Origin: Stegostoma tigrinum
Taxonomy: Eukaryota
Length of the DNA: 64,000 bases
Assembly (NCBI RefSeq): GCF_030684315.1
Contig: NC_081379.1
Span: 23,280,637 to 23,344,636, forward strand
Direction: 5' to 3'
The first letter of the stretch is position 1. The number at the start of each line of letters is the position of its first letter. Positions 11,985 to 25,381 of this stretch are shown here, in pieces. The notes beneath the pieces are model-generated. The model saw only the letters and a list, made by a program, of their open reading frames with translations. It did not search any database and was not told where the DNA came from. A program made the translations under genes and the position numbers.

Positions 11985-12979
11985 GTAAGGAAGTCCGACT
12001 GTCCCCATTTAACTTTCTTCTGGGTATGGTTTATAAAATAATGTGAATGAGACGGACATTCTAAGTTGATATTAATTATGACACATTGAAATCTAAAATC
12101 CTTAAAATGTTAAAAGAAAAATTTTCCCCAATTGTAGTGACCTTGATGGGCTCAGTTGAAATTTCATGTGTAACTCTTGGCTGCCTGTTCGACAGGAAAA
12201 ACATTCTCCAATTTTGCTGGTTGAATCATGAATTTGGCCACTCTGGCTTATGGTGACATTTGACAAGTTATTTTAAAAGTCAGTCAAAACTCCAGAGCTG
12301 CTTTCTTTTTTTAGAAGCTTAATGTCAGGAGGAGAGATTTTGTTTCATATTGGAGATTTTGGCATTTTCTTTATTTGGCAAGACTGTGATCCATACATGG
12401 AAGCACTGCACAGGCTTCCCCACAGTAAGTAGGGATAGACTGACAATATAGACAATAGACTGTAGGAGTAGGCCATTCGGCCCTTCGGATGGGTCTGGTG
12501 GTGTGCAGGTAAATATAAGACTTCCTCATTTCGAACTGACTTTGTATACCAGTCAGCCTTGGCCAAGATCGTGGCGAAGTTCAGTTCTTCCCCTCCTTGT
12601 TGCAAAGAAATGGTTTGAAGTAGAGAGGTGAGATAATAACCAAGGTTAACTTGGCTGACAGTAATAACTTTTTATGGTATTGGTACACTATTCCTGTTAA
12701 CGTTGCCATCTCGTACTGTACACTGAATGTGATGAAAATTAAATGAGGCTGCAGGTTGCAAATGATAAATGCCACTACACATTCTGGCTGTTCAACTTTT
12801 TCACTTCCTGATGATGGAATTCATATTTATCATTTTTAGATTTAGGAGCCACTGTATATCTGTTGTACTTCTTTAAAAAAAAATCAGTTGAAAGCAATAA
12901 ACCTGAAAGACCTGGCTGCATAAACTTTGTAACCAATACTTGCCTTCCATAATAATTCAATAATGATTTTTAATTTCAG

Positions 12980-13207
12980 CATCCTCAACATCAAGCTCCT
13001 CAGACTCTTCACTTGGGCAACCCTCAACAGCAACAAGCAATTTATCACACGACTCTGACACCAACTCCTCCCTCTATGACACAGGGTCCTAGTCCACAGT
13101 CTCCTCAGACTAGCTTTCCATCAGCACAGCAGACAGTCTACACACTTCACCCTCAGCAGGTGCAGCATGGATTTTCAAATCCGCCACATATGACGCATGT
13201 ACCACAG
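12980..13207 (+). CDS. ATXN2: Ataxin-2 internal exon
   Basis: TTTCAG acceptor, GTAAGT donor, 228 nt; HPQHQAPQTLHLGNPQQQQAIYH...SNPPHMTHVPQ. Confidence 0.96.
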
Positions 13208-14169
13208 GTAAGTGAACATCCCAAAGGCCTTTAGGGCTAATGTTTATATATAAACTTTTGTGGCAATGCAGAATTCCTTTTTGTATTATTTGAGATTTCG
13301 TTTACATAAAGAAACCATTAACTACTTGGTTAGTAGAATTTTTAAGAGTTCACATTTGAGAAGCAACTGTATCATAAATGTCTTCTGATCAGCTATTGAA
13401 AAATCAGTCTGTGCTTCAATGGCTCCGTCTTGGTGAATGTGCAGTTTTTGGTGGAAAAACACCAGCTGATACTTTTTCTGCAAGAGTATTTCTGACATTG
13501 CTAAGTTGAATAAAATACTTAATGCATTTTAAAATTTGTGCCACAGAAAATAAATGGGGTAGTTGATATTTTTGATTTATTTATTTAATTTACTTTTTTT
13601 AAGAAGTCTAATTCTTTGGACTGTATTATCTTGATGTTCGCTGTATTATCTTGATGGTTCCTAATCATGAAATGTAAGATATCTCATCTTTCTCTGCAAC
13701 ACTCTTTGCTTTTTGGAAGTTGGGTAGGACTTTGTGTGAATTTGATTAGTGCTACTCTCAACTGCCTTAGATTTATGTGGGCAGTGGGCAATAGTACCTC
13801 AAAGCACTGCATCATGCAGTGATATTTTTGTTGCTGCAGTATTCAATCTTACATGAGATATACTTCCAAATTGAAATGACAATTCATGTCCATCAGCTTG
13901 TGTGCTAGTGAACAGCAGCTTAATTGTCATCTAATCTTGATATGAATGTGGGCAAATATCAGTAAGTGAGCTGCACACTGAGTCAGCCACCGATTCACTA
14001 AAGTAGCATAAAGATTGCAATTGCAACAATCTGAAGTTGTGTATAACTTAATGGGCTAAAAGGCTGGCTTGCGCTGCAGAGTGAGGCCAGCAACGTTGGT
14101 TCAATTCCCACACAGACTGAGGGACTCTCCTTCTCAATCTGTCCCCTTGCCTGAGGTATGTGACCCTCA

Positions 14170-15300
14170 GGCTAATGTAACATCCCTGTTTAAAAAAGAA
14201 ATAAGGCAAAAGATGGAAAATTACAGGCTGAGTAGCCTATCCTGTTGTGGGTAAGATTTTGGAGTCCATTGCAAAGGATGAGATTTCTGCATATTTAGAA
14301 GTGTAGTGTAAAACAGGGAAAAGTTAGGAAGTAACAAGTAGGGTTGACCAAGGGAGCCAATGGATGTTATCTACCTGGACTTTAAGAAGGCCTTTGACAA
14401 GGTGCCACATAGGCTAAGTTTGCAGATGATACAAAGATAGGTGGAGGGGCAGGTAGTATTGAGGAGGTGGGGAGGCTGCAGAAGGATTTGCACAGGTTAG
14501 GAGAGTGGGCAAAGAAGTGGCAGATGGAGTACAACTTGGGGAAGTGACAGGTCATGCACTTTGGTAAGAAGAATAGACGTATGGACTATTTTGTAAATGG
14601 GGAGAAAATTCAGAAGTCTGAAGTGCAAAGAGACTTTGGCGTTCTAGTCCAGGATTTTCTCAAGGTAAACTTGCAGGTTGAGTCAGCAGTCAGGAAAGCA
14701 AATGCAATGTTGGCATTTATTTCAAGAGGACTTGAATATAAAAGCAGGGATTTACTATTCAGGCTTTATAAGGCTCTGGTCGGGCCACATTTGGAATATT
14801 GTGTGCAGTTTTGGGCCCCATATCTCAGGACGGATGTACTGGCCCTGGAGTGGGTTCAGAGGAGGTTCACGAGAATGGCCCCAGAAATGGAAAGCTTAAC
14901 ATATGAGGAACATTTGAGGACTCTTGGACTATACTCATTGGAGTTTAGAAGGATGAGGTGGCATCTAATTGAAACTTCCAGAATACTGAATGGCCTGGAC
15001 AGAGTGAATGTTGGGAAGATGCTTCCATTGGTAGGAGAGAGTAGGACCCCAGGGCACAGCCTTAAAGTAAAGGGAAGACCTTTAAGAACAGTGATAAGGA
15101 GAAACCTCTTCAGCCAGAGATTGGACTGCCACAGAAGGCTGTGGAGATCAGACCATTGAGTATATTTAAGACCGAGATATCAAGGGTTACTGCAGGAAGG
15201 CAGGAGAATAGGATTGAGGAACTTATCAGCCATGACTGAATGATGGAGCAGACTCGATGGGCCAAATGGCCTAATTTCTGCTCCCATGTCTTATGGTCTT
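14170..15300 (+). mobile_element. CR1 LINE fragment with internal deletions
   Basis: DFKKAFDKVPH, FADD and HLEYCVQFWAP motifs; ORF 14554-15159. Confidence 0.9.
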
Positions 15301-15483
15301 AAAAGGAATATTTTAAATTTTCTATGCATCAACAATGCCAGTGCTTTTAACACAGCACACTGTCAATTAGTGCAACCAATAAAGTTTTTGGCACAGTTTT
15401 GGAAATTATTTGTATAAGCTGCTGTCAGTTACCATTACTTATTTAGTAGAAATAATGACCTTTTGGCTGCTTTTTGTTTGTAG

Positions 15484-15655
15484 GCACATGTACAGTCGGG
15501 AATGGGCCCTCCCCACCACCCTGCTGCTACCCATCCTCCCATGATGCTAATGCCTGCACAGCCACCAGGTGGTCAAGGTGCCATTCCTCAGAATGCACTG
15601 CCACCCATTCCAGTTTCCTCAACTACACACTTCTCTTACATGGCACACCCCCAAG
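15484..15655 (+). CDS. ATXN2: Ataxin-2 penultimate exon
   Basis: TAG acceptor, GTGAGT donor, 172 nt; AHVQSGMGPPHHPAATHPPMMLMPAQPPGG...PIPVSSTTHFSYMAHPQ. Confidence 0.96.
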
Positions 15656-15934
15656 GTGAGTGATAGACAATCGGGGGGAGATGGTCAGCATTTCATTCAA
15701 GTGAAAAGTTTGATTTACATTACCCTTGGCCTGAAAGTAGATTGATCCTGTGGAATTTGGTACATCTCACTGCATTTGTTATTTCTACAACTGATGCAAA
15801 GACTAATTCTTTTAAAAATAAAACTGCAATTTAACTGTGCACTTTGAAAATATTTTTCTTAGATTTTAGCAGCTGTGTTTATGGAGTAAAGTTGGAATTT
15901 TAAACTGAGTTTTTTTTGTTTATTCTCCATTTAG

Positions 15935-15963
15935 TACAAGCCCATCATCAGCAGCAGTTGTAG
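15935..15963 (+). CDS. ATXN2: Ataxin-2 terminal coding exon
   Basis: T-tract + TTAG acceptor; (V)QAHHQQQL then TAG at 15961-15963, matching the mammalian ATXN2 C-terminus. Confidence 0.96.
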
Positions 15964-16507
15964 TCCTGTCCAGCAGTAACCACAGGCTGGCCAGTTGAAG
16001 GTACACATCCTTCCCTACCCTAAAACGTGGAACCAGAAGCGCACAATACTAGAAATTGTCTTCTCATGTTAAACCATGTGCTGTCACACAACATCCAGCA
16101 GGAATGTGTTGCCATGTGATTCGGTAGCTGCCCTTGTGAAGAAGGCAAGATAAACTGGCAAGAAAGAAATAAGAGCTAAGTTCAAATCTGGAATCAATGT
16201 GTCTTATCAACAGCCTTACAAAATGCCCCAAATCTGCTTTCTGATAACTGGAATGTATTTATTTTGCCTGACCCTTCTAAGTTATGAACTTCCCAAGGTG
16301 AAAGAACTAATAAAATTGTTTGTTCCTGCTGCAAGCCATCCAGATTTGGCAAACCAGAACTCTGCTTCTAACCAAACTTGAACTCTATCTTATAACAAAA
16401 TCCGGATGTGAACTGGTGGTTTATTTATGAATAGAGGTTCCTGGAGGAGAGCACTGTCACCGGACAGTGATGTAACTTTTAAGTTAAATAACTTTTACTT
16501 TGTAGAT

Positions 16508-16542
16508 AATAAAAAAAGTTTAAAAAAACCAAAAAAAATAAA
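16508..16542 (+). terminator. ATXN2 proximal polyadenylation signals
   Basis: AATAAA at 16508-16513 and 16537-16542, with GU-rich TTGGTGTGATTGT downstream; about 0.6 kb after the stop. Confidence 0.75.
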
Positions 16543-17654
16543 GTTTTAAAAACTGACATTGGTGTGATTGTAATATTTTTTCCCCATACCTTTAATGGTC
16601 AGGAAAATTGACCAGAAGATGAGGTCATAATTATGGAATGCGTGAAGAATGTTCTGACTATTTGAGCTCTTTTTCTCAAATTATGCTGTGTTCCTGTATC
16701 TCCTTAACAAACACAGGAATATTATGACATCAAAATAGAATATTTGAAACGCTCCATATTTATGGATGAAGATCATATTGTGATGGGCTTCAAGTGACCA
16801 AATGGAATTTTTTGTAATTTTGAACATCATGCAGGAATATCTGTAACCAAAAGTAATATGTTCTTGAAAGAACAATAATGTTTCCCTTTGACTCCAATGG
16901 GTAATCCTGGAATTTTTTACTAAATTGTGAATCTTAATATTAAAATCAATGCAGTGAAATCCTGGCCTGTGATAAGCCCAGTAGTTCTCAAACATTGGTT
17001 GAAGGAGTCCTTTACAAATGGGAAATTCCTTGCATTTTTGAATATAATGATCAGTGTTTTTTTTTAAAAAGGGATTTGCATGTAATTTGGCAGTGAATGG
17101 TGGTAAACTTATCTTTTTTGCAGTGAAAAGCTAAATGCATATCTTTAGTGATGCAAACTTCTTTTGGACAAATCTCTGAAATGGATTGGGCTTGGTGGAT
17201 CCTGTAGCTAACAGTAAGACAAGGTGAGGTGTAAACTTTGCAACAATGCAATCTTGGAAGTAACTGATCACAAAGGTTCTCCAGGGCATTGGCCTAGGCC
17301 CAGGCAGCTTCAACTGTTCATTGCCCCTGTTTGCATGAGGTTAGATATGGGGTCATGTCTACTAATGATTGAATAGTATCTGTCCTGTTAAAATGCTTAT
17401 ACTTGGGTTGAAAAACGGTCATGAGGATGCTCCACGCATGCCACATACTGACTATCTTCAACAACATAACATATAAGCATCTTCTGTTGATGTTCAATTG
17501 CGACATTCCCCACCACCACCAAAATCCTAAATTACTGTTGCTGAGAAATTTAACTGAACCAGCATATAAATATGTGCCTATAGAAGTAGCAGAGGCTGTG
17601 TATTCTGTAGTGACTAATTCACCACCTATCTACCTAAAACCTATGTGCTAATGA

Positions 17655-17927
17655 TCACAGAATATAAAGAAGCCATTTGGCCCACTGCGTCTGCACTGAC
17701 CCTCTGAAGAGCATCTCACCCAGACCCATGCCATCCCTGTGACCCCACATTTACCATGGCTACAGCAGCTAGCCTCCACTTTGTCAGACTGTGGGAGGAA
17801 ACTGGAGCATCTGACAGAAACCCATGCAGATGTGGGGACAATAGGAAAATTTTACATAGTCAGCTAAACCTACAATTGAACCTTGGTCCTGGGTGCTTGA
17901 GGCAATAGTGCTAACTACTGTGTCACC
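17655..17927 (-). mobile_element. HE1-type V-SINE
   Basis: Diverged reverse-complement match to the SINE at 49793-50070. Confidence 0.75.
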
Positions 17928-20345
17928 TGAAGCACTTGAGCCAGGCAGGAGTAAGTGTTTTAAGCCATAGACAAGTGACTCACCATGGTTGCATTGATAG
18001 CATCACCCAAAGGCTACTTAGAAGGCCAAGGATAATAGGTATGCAGAAAGAAACTGGAAGTTGGTGGTGCCAAGTCTTGCCATTCTCAGTTAGCAACATT
18101 ACCATTGCTTCACTGCCACTTGCTGAAAATTCTGAACAAGTGGATCTCTGCCATAGTACTGCAGAGGGTGCTGGATGCTACTAGAAATCATGGAAGAGGG
18201 AAGTGAAGTAAGTGAGTGAATGGACAATAAGCCAGCAATGCCACCAAGAAATTTTTAAAAATTGAACAATCGTAAAGATTGTGCTTTGGCTACTATTAAT
18301 CCCATCACCATCACAGAAGTAGATCATGCTGTACCTCCCAAAATTTTGAGTTTATTGTGCACAAATTAGCTGCCATACTTTCTACATGACAACATACACT
18401 GCACTTTTAAACATGTATATCTTTACATTTTTGAGTCATTTGATCTAAGTCTGTGGCAGAGACTAAACAAATACAAGTCTGATTAGTTAGTCAGTTGCTC
18501 TTGCATTATGAGGGTGGTTAGCTTGGAACTGTTTATCCTAACAGTTGTAACCCCCACTCGACTGCAATAAAATTGATTCAAGGACTGTGGGATTCACACT
18601 GCCAAGACCATTCATAGCCTATCGCTAACTGCACTTGAGAAGGTAGTGTTGAACACTGCAGATGTATTAATTGTGTTGTTAAGCAGGTTAACGCCACGAT
18701 TCTGACCCACCAATGACTTTCCAAGTCAGGATTGTGAGAGACTTGAAGCAGAATATACAGGTGTTGATTTTTTTTTCATGTACTTGTTTCTGTCATTCTC
18801 TTGAAGCTTGAACATGTTTGAAAATTCCTGCTTGAAGGTGTTTTGGATGTGGTATTAGTGGGTGTTTCAGTAATTTCGGAGTGGAGTTTAAATAGCAAAA
18901 ATAGCTCAATATGCTGAATAATTTAGATATTACTGGTATGAGTAGTATAGAATCTTCCAAGAGGCAGAAAGATCAGTACGAGGGAGGAAGGAGCACTGAA
19001 GATCATAGTCATTGAGTATTACACCACAGAGAGGTTGTTTGGTCCATCATGTCTGCAGTAGTCATTTGAGCATCTATCCAGTTTCCCAGCACTTGACTCG
19101 TAGTCTTACATTGTTATGGTTTTTCAAGCATTCATTACAACTTTTTAAACTTGTGTTGCTGATTGCCTTTACATTCTTTTATGATGAGTTCTAGGTCTGA
19201 CCACCCTCTGCATGAAATTCTTACTTCAATCACTTCTAGATGTCCTGCTCTAAATCTAGTTATTAATCCTTCTACTCAGCAGAAACGTTCCTATCTATGC
19301 CCTTCTGTTTGCACACCTCCGCCTTCTCCGAAGAAAATAACGCTACTACACTTTACTGAATTATTGCATAGGCAGAACAAGACAAATCTGTTTAATGCTA
19401 ATTGTCCTGCCTTCCTCTTTCTTTAAAATTGTTTATTATTGGCAAAATGCAGCAATGTACAAAAAATTTACTGTTACCAATTTAGATGAATTAGGGTGTA
19501 ATGAAAAGACTTGGAATCAACTAGGTTCAATGACTTGTTTTTGGACCTATAAAGCTTTGAAATGAGCAAGCTGATTTGAAAATACAGTTAATTGATTCTC
19601 CATTTATTCTGTTTTGACACAGGGTGATGATCTTGGAGATGTATGGATTTGATCACCTCTCGCTGGTCCAAAAACATAGATTAAGGGTGTAATTTAGTTT
19701 TGGTGGATTCCTCACATCTACAGAACACGTTGCAGATCTGGCAGTTATTTGATCATTCACAAAAGAATTTAAAAGTTGATTTAATTGGAAGCTATTACTC
19801 TACTATATAAAAAGATATTGCAGATAGCAAAAATTCTGATGGTCAACATTTTGAGGATATTGTGAACCTTCGGTGAGAAAGTTACCAGCTGAGCAGAGTC
19901 AGAAGGACATGTTTATGTCCCACTTTGAAGATTCAGAGACATGAGCGCAGGGTGTGTAATACCAGTAGTAAACGATCAAAGAGTAATCTTTTGGCTAAGA
20001 TGGTGAATGGCATTGTCTAAACAAAGAGTATTTACTATTTATCCTTAAATTTGCAATGCATCACCATGCTACAGTCTCAAATCAGTTTAGCTCGATGGCT
20101 GGTTTGCAATTGCAGCGTGAGGCCAACAATGTTGCCATAATCTGGTAACACTATGCTGACTTTGCTGTGCAGCAATCTGTACAAAGTAAATGTATAATAC
20201 TACTTCAATAAAAGTTTTACATTTTGTTGTATTACAATCAGAATTTGTTAAATATGCTTTACATTAAAATTGCACTAATGGTTATGCATCCAAATTAAAA
20301 TCTTGGAAGGTTTCCTCTCGTTATTCCAGTAATGAAAAAAATTGC

Positions 20346-20351
20346 TTTATT
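20346..20351 (-). terminator. Probable distal SH2B3 polyadenylation signal
   Basis: Minus-strand AATAAA preceded by UGUA-rich, U-rich sequence; implies a 3' UTR of about 5 kb. Confidence 0.45.
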
Positions 20352-22699
20352 AATTTTTATAGCAAATGATTATTTTGGCAAAATGCAACAATGTACAATA
20401 AGTTACTACAGTACAAATGAACATTAGTTTGTAGAAAATAAATTTTGTTGCAGCGTATGCATAAATTGTAATGGAAAAATGTCAAAATACAGTTTCTTTG
20501 AGAGCAACCTTGCATTTAATAATTTACCAGCTGAGTGTCTATATCTCCAAGTGCAAATTAATTCAATCCTCTTACATTATGTAGAAGCTAATTCCAAGGA
20601 TGCTACCATGTACAGCAGAATCCTTCAAGTGGCTGCTGTGACAGCATTTCTATACCATGTAAAATTGATCTTCAGACCTGGAAAAGCCTGGATCACGCAT
20701 CTTCATGGTGTAATTCCCCTAATTTTGAACAGCTTAAGTTTTAAATTGTATACAGTAATCAAATAATAGTATTTGAATGGCTAATGATTCAAATCTTTAA
20801 AATTAATTAGGGGATTCCATTTTGATGTTTTTCTGGTAATAATTTTCATTTTATTTGTTCATGCAATGTAAGCATTGCCAGCAAGATCAACATTTCTCAT
20901 CCCTAAGGCAGCTTATCAAGAAGGTCTGATTGTCCATGGTAAATTACAAGATTTAACTAAAGATTTATAATTTCAATGAATTAATTGTTTAGCTATTAAA
21001 TTTTCTCAAACTTCCTTTCTCTATGCACTCTAACATTTAAAAATTATTACATATTTTCATTACTTAATTTCAGTTCAATGCCACACTTCTATCCACAGGA
21101 AACCAAAGCTATAGCGCCATTGAAATTCAATTTAAAAGGCTAATTTTGTGCAATGGTTGGAAATGTAGACAATCAGCAGGAGCTCTGGAAATAAAAGCAC
21201 ATTTCATATAAATGCAAGCCAAATTTACAAAAAGAAATAGTGTTCTATTAGCCTATTATCAAAGTCATTGCTATGCAGAGTTCAATTCAAAAGTACGTTT
21301 GCCAAAAGTTACTTATTGAAGATAAGCAAAGTAAATAAACTAAAAACTGCTTGGTGCCTGCAAACTTCCTTCTTTCTAACAGGGTCATGTTTTGCCATTG
21401 ATGTATGCCTTGACAACATAAAATAGCTCATACAGGTGACACTTCCTATGCCAATTCAGTCACAACCAAGAAGAATAAAACTACACTCCATGGATCAAGA
21501 GATTGATTGGCTATTTTTAACAGCTATTTTTAACAACTTCCACAAAAAATGAAGTAAATATCCAATTCAGTGATGAAGGAACAGTAAACACTATCGATCT
21601 TGAAGAAAACTTATTTTGTTTTAGGGCTGTAGGCAGATGTCCTCCTTTACAAACACCTGTTTGAATTTAGCAATTTCTACAAGGAATATCTTGGGTCTAC
21701 ATCCAATGTGGACTGCAAGGGAGACATAAATGGAATTAATTCTTGCTTTGCAATATAAGTTGCAAATAAATATAAACTGCACCTGTTGTTATACAGAATG
21801 AAGGAACAGAACATACAGGATTGAGGGAAAACAATTTTTAAAAATTAAAAATTTCTGAAATTTACAAATTATTTTGATGGAATTAAATTGATTGTCATCA
21901 CTTAGTGCACTATTTAAATACCCAAGTTATTTCTGACTGAACAAGGCTTACCAAGATTTTCATCAATTTTTCGTGAGAATATAGGGCAATTTAGCTTGTG
22001 CTTCCAAATCAATAATTCTTTGTTCATTCCATTTATGAAAACTCCAACAGCACAACCTGCAGAGAAGCAGGATATCTGTAACTTTTGGATTTGGATACTT
22101 AACTGCATGAGCTACCACTGCTATCACTTTCGCCAACTCAGTGAATGACTCAGCCTCATCGTCACCAGTGTAGCCAAATGAGAGCCAATGACTAGGATAT
22201 ATTGGAGGGACTAATTTCCCTGGAACAATACACCAAGGAGTTACTACTTTGCTGAGACTATTAGCAAAATTTTTTTGTGACAGATTTAAATTGCTTTACA
22301 ATAGGTGAGAACTGACTTGGGAACTTGTTAATTTGTAAACTGCAAATCTCACATTGCTGGGAAGTTTGAGAAATTCCGCTGTTAGCTTTGCAAAAACAAT
22401 ATCTCACTTTTAACTTCACATGATTTTCATGGAATTGATGTATTTTCACTTTAAGCAGTCATTAAACATACTACATAAGTAATTAGTAGGATAATTACAT
22501 TTTTTGTTGTGGAAATTGTTAAAAAAGAGCAAATTGACCTCTTGATCTGCAGAGTATGGTCTCATTCCTCCAGGCAGTGACTAAACTGTCATGGAAATTA
22601 TATAAATTATGAAATAAATGTTTTTCTTTATTCTCACCCCCATGAGCTACTTCATATTTCCAAGGCTTACATCAATGGCGAAACATGATGCTATGAGAA

Positions 22700-23365
22700 A
22701 GACTGGATAGTGTTGTCGAACAAAGAGACTTAGGGGTTCAGGTACATAGTTCTTTGAAAGTTGCATCACAGGTGAGTTAGGATGTCACATTGAGGTTGTA
22801 CAGGATGTTTGTGAAACCACTTTTTGAGCACCGTGTATGGTTCTGGTCACTCATCCTTCCTATTGCAATTATTATATTGGAGAAGATTCAGAAAAGATTT
22901 ACCAGAATGTTGCCAGGACTAGAGGGTTTGAATTATAAGGAGAGGCTGAATAGGCTGGGATTTCTTTCACTGGAGCATTGGAGTTTGAGGAGTGACCTTG
23001 TAGAGGTTTATAACATCATGAGAGGCATAGATAAGGTGAATAACAAGAGTCTTTTTCTCCTGGTGGCGGGGGAAAGAGTTCAAAACTTAGGGAATATATT
23101 TTTAAGGTGGGAGGATAAAGATTGAAAAGGGATCTGAAGGGCAACTTTTTCTACACAGAGGGTTGTACATGGAATAAACTGCCAGAAACAGTAGTGGATG
23201 GAAGTACAATTACAACATTTAAAAGACATTTGGATAGGTACGTGAATAGGAAAGGTTTGGAGGGATATGGGCCAAACACAGGCAAGCGTTTCTAGTTTAG
23301 TTTGAGAGATCTGATCAGCATGGACATGTTGGATTGAAAGGTCTGTTTCCATGCTAACTCTATAA
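22700..23365 (+). mobile_element. CR1 LINE 3' fragment inside the predicted SH2B3 3' UTR (antisense)
   Basis: ORF 22790-23125 (RFTRMLPGLEGLNYKERL) and CR1 3' UTR. Confidence 0.88.
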
Positions 23366-25381
23366 AATTGGTTCACAATACAGTTTTATGGTTGGTAATG
23401 TTTTTTAGCTGTTAAACATCCCTGAGTTCTTTACTATTTTTATCCAGTGGTCTTCAACTACCTGCAAAATTCTACACTGAGTACAGGCAGCCAACGTGCA
23501 TTGTCATATGTCGAAGCAGGGCAGGACTTTTGACTGACTCGAAAAAACTAACAGCATAATTAAATTTTTGCTAAAAAAAGAACTAGCTGGAGAAATGCAC
23601 TTATTCTTATTAACTGAATGAACACTCTGCTGATAAGATTAAGCAAGATTATTGGGTTATGCTGTTTTCCAAATTGTAACTGATGAACTGCTTACACTTT
23701 AAAATTTATTAACAGTTTCACATTAATATGGCACTGTAAAAGAACATTGTTTTAAAAAGTCAAAAAAATTAGCCATCCAATACACAGTGCATCATTCTGA
23801 AGTACAATGGTGTGTTATAATATCCTAATATCCCTTTTAGTCTATAAGATGTCATTGCTGTGCCTTTCGGAGGTAATGGTAAGTTAATTGATTTTGGCAG
23901 ATGGATCATTGGGTACTAGACCAGTTTTCTTTATTGGATGACCTAAAAACATATATAATTGTCAACAAAGTGACATATATGATAGCTAACCACATATTTC
24001 ATAAAGCTTCAGTAACTTTATTGTGCCCTCAAAGTTTACTAGGCAACACTATGCTAACCAAATATGATTGGACCATCCTTCCCATGATGATTAACTCCCC
24101 ATCCTGGTTTTGCACTTTCTCAAGACATTCACGAGACTACAAACAGCAACTATAAGCAACAGATATAATTTAAGGCAATGGAAAAGATCTAAGATTGGGG
24201 CAAATGTAGGGAAATTGTAAACAATTTCAAACAGTGATTCCTCCATTTCAGGAAACACTTTTCAAGTGCCTGTGTGCAGCTCATAACAAATGGCCAATGA
24301 TCTTTCTCAAACAATTATCAGTTCCTCACTGTGTACAAATTCTTAATTAACTTGATTACAAAATGCAAAGACAGTCATTTTTCTGATTGAAAATATTAAC
24401 TGTTCCTCCCTCCATCGCTGTATTTTTAGCCTCCGCAGTTTCAGCAAGCCAGATTTCCTATGTGCAACCTATCCTGCATGCAAATCCACCATTTTTCAGA
24501 CTTCTTCCTTTAGAAAGACCTGTACCTGCATTCCATTTTAAGGCATGATATTCCTGCCTTGATGAAGCCTCCTAGTAGCAGCAATGCAGGAGATTTGTTC
24601 ATATAATTCTATCTGAAACTATGTACTTAATCCCATAATGGGAAATTCTCTGCTAATATCATAATGGAAAATAAGACATCAGCTGTATCCTGTAATTTTT
24701 CAAAACCAAAAAAAATCACCAAAATTAGATCACCGTAGTGTTCACAATCTAACTTGAGCACTCGAATTACTAGTACATAACTGAACTGTCAGTTAAGCTT
24801 TAAATGAAAAGCACAAAAGCACAAAGTATGAGTATATCCTAGTTAAAGAAATCTACTTTAACTGAAACTTGTAAACACAGCAAAACAGTTGTAGAATTAT
24901 TTTTAAATGCAACAAGCCCAATAACTGTATTTTCATTTATTGCATATTACTGTTGTTAAGCAATTAAGTTAAAGTATTTCATAGAATAATTTTAGAAAGG
25001 TTACAGGAAATACAGATATATAAAGAAATATGCTTAAAATTATATTCAATTCATATACAATTTTTACATAAGCAAAATTAAACTGAAGGACATATTTTCT
25101 ATATTTTCAATTAATAATCCAAGATATCTATGTTTTAAAGATAAATCCAGATCAAAGCTGTACAATTTAATAATATTGTAAACAGACCCTTCAACAGGCC
25201 TAATTGTAGAAGAGGCCCATTTCAGAGCAAACACGTATTTGCCCTGAAGGTTTCTTAAGTCTACCTCCCTGAAACAGAAATACATTCAGTTTTTGAAGCA
25301 AACCTGAAAATGTTTCAGTGTTGAAAAATTAATAATGGCACACTTTCACATGTGTGTACCAACTTGTCTTTGGCGACAGAA

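Noticed and set aside
13621-13660. 20-bp tandem duplication (also a 13-bp one at 21510-21535)
   Set aside because: Two-copy slippage duplications without spacers; not an array or CRISPR.
14055-14130. tRNA-like sequence (also near 20085 and 49795)
   Set aside because: Only degenerate A/B-box heads of SINEs; no cloverleaf.
1803-15963. ATXN2 polyglutamine/CAG tract
   Set aside because: The disease-associated tract is in exon 1, outside this window; only short Q runs occur here.
16459-16476. CAGTGA as an iron-responsive element loop
   Set aside because: The flanks do not form the required 5-bp upper stem with a bulged C.
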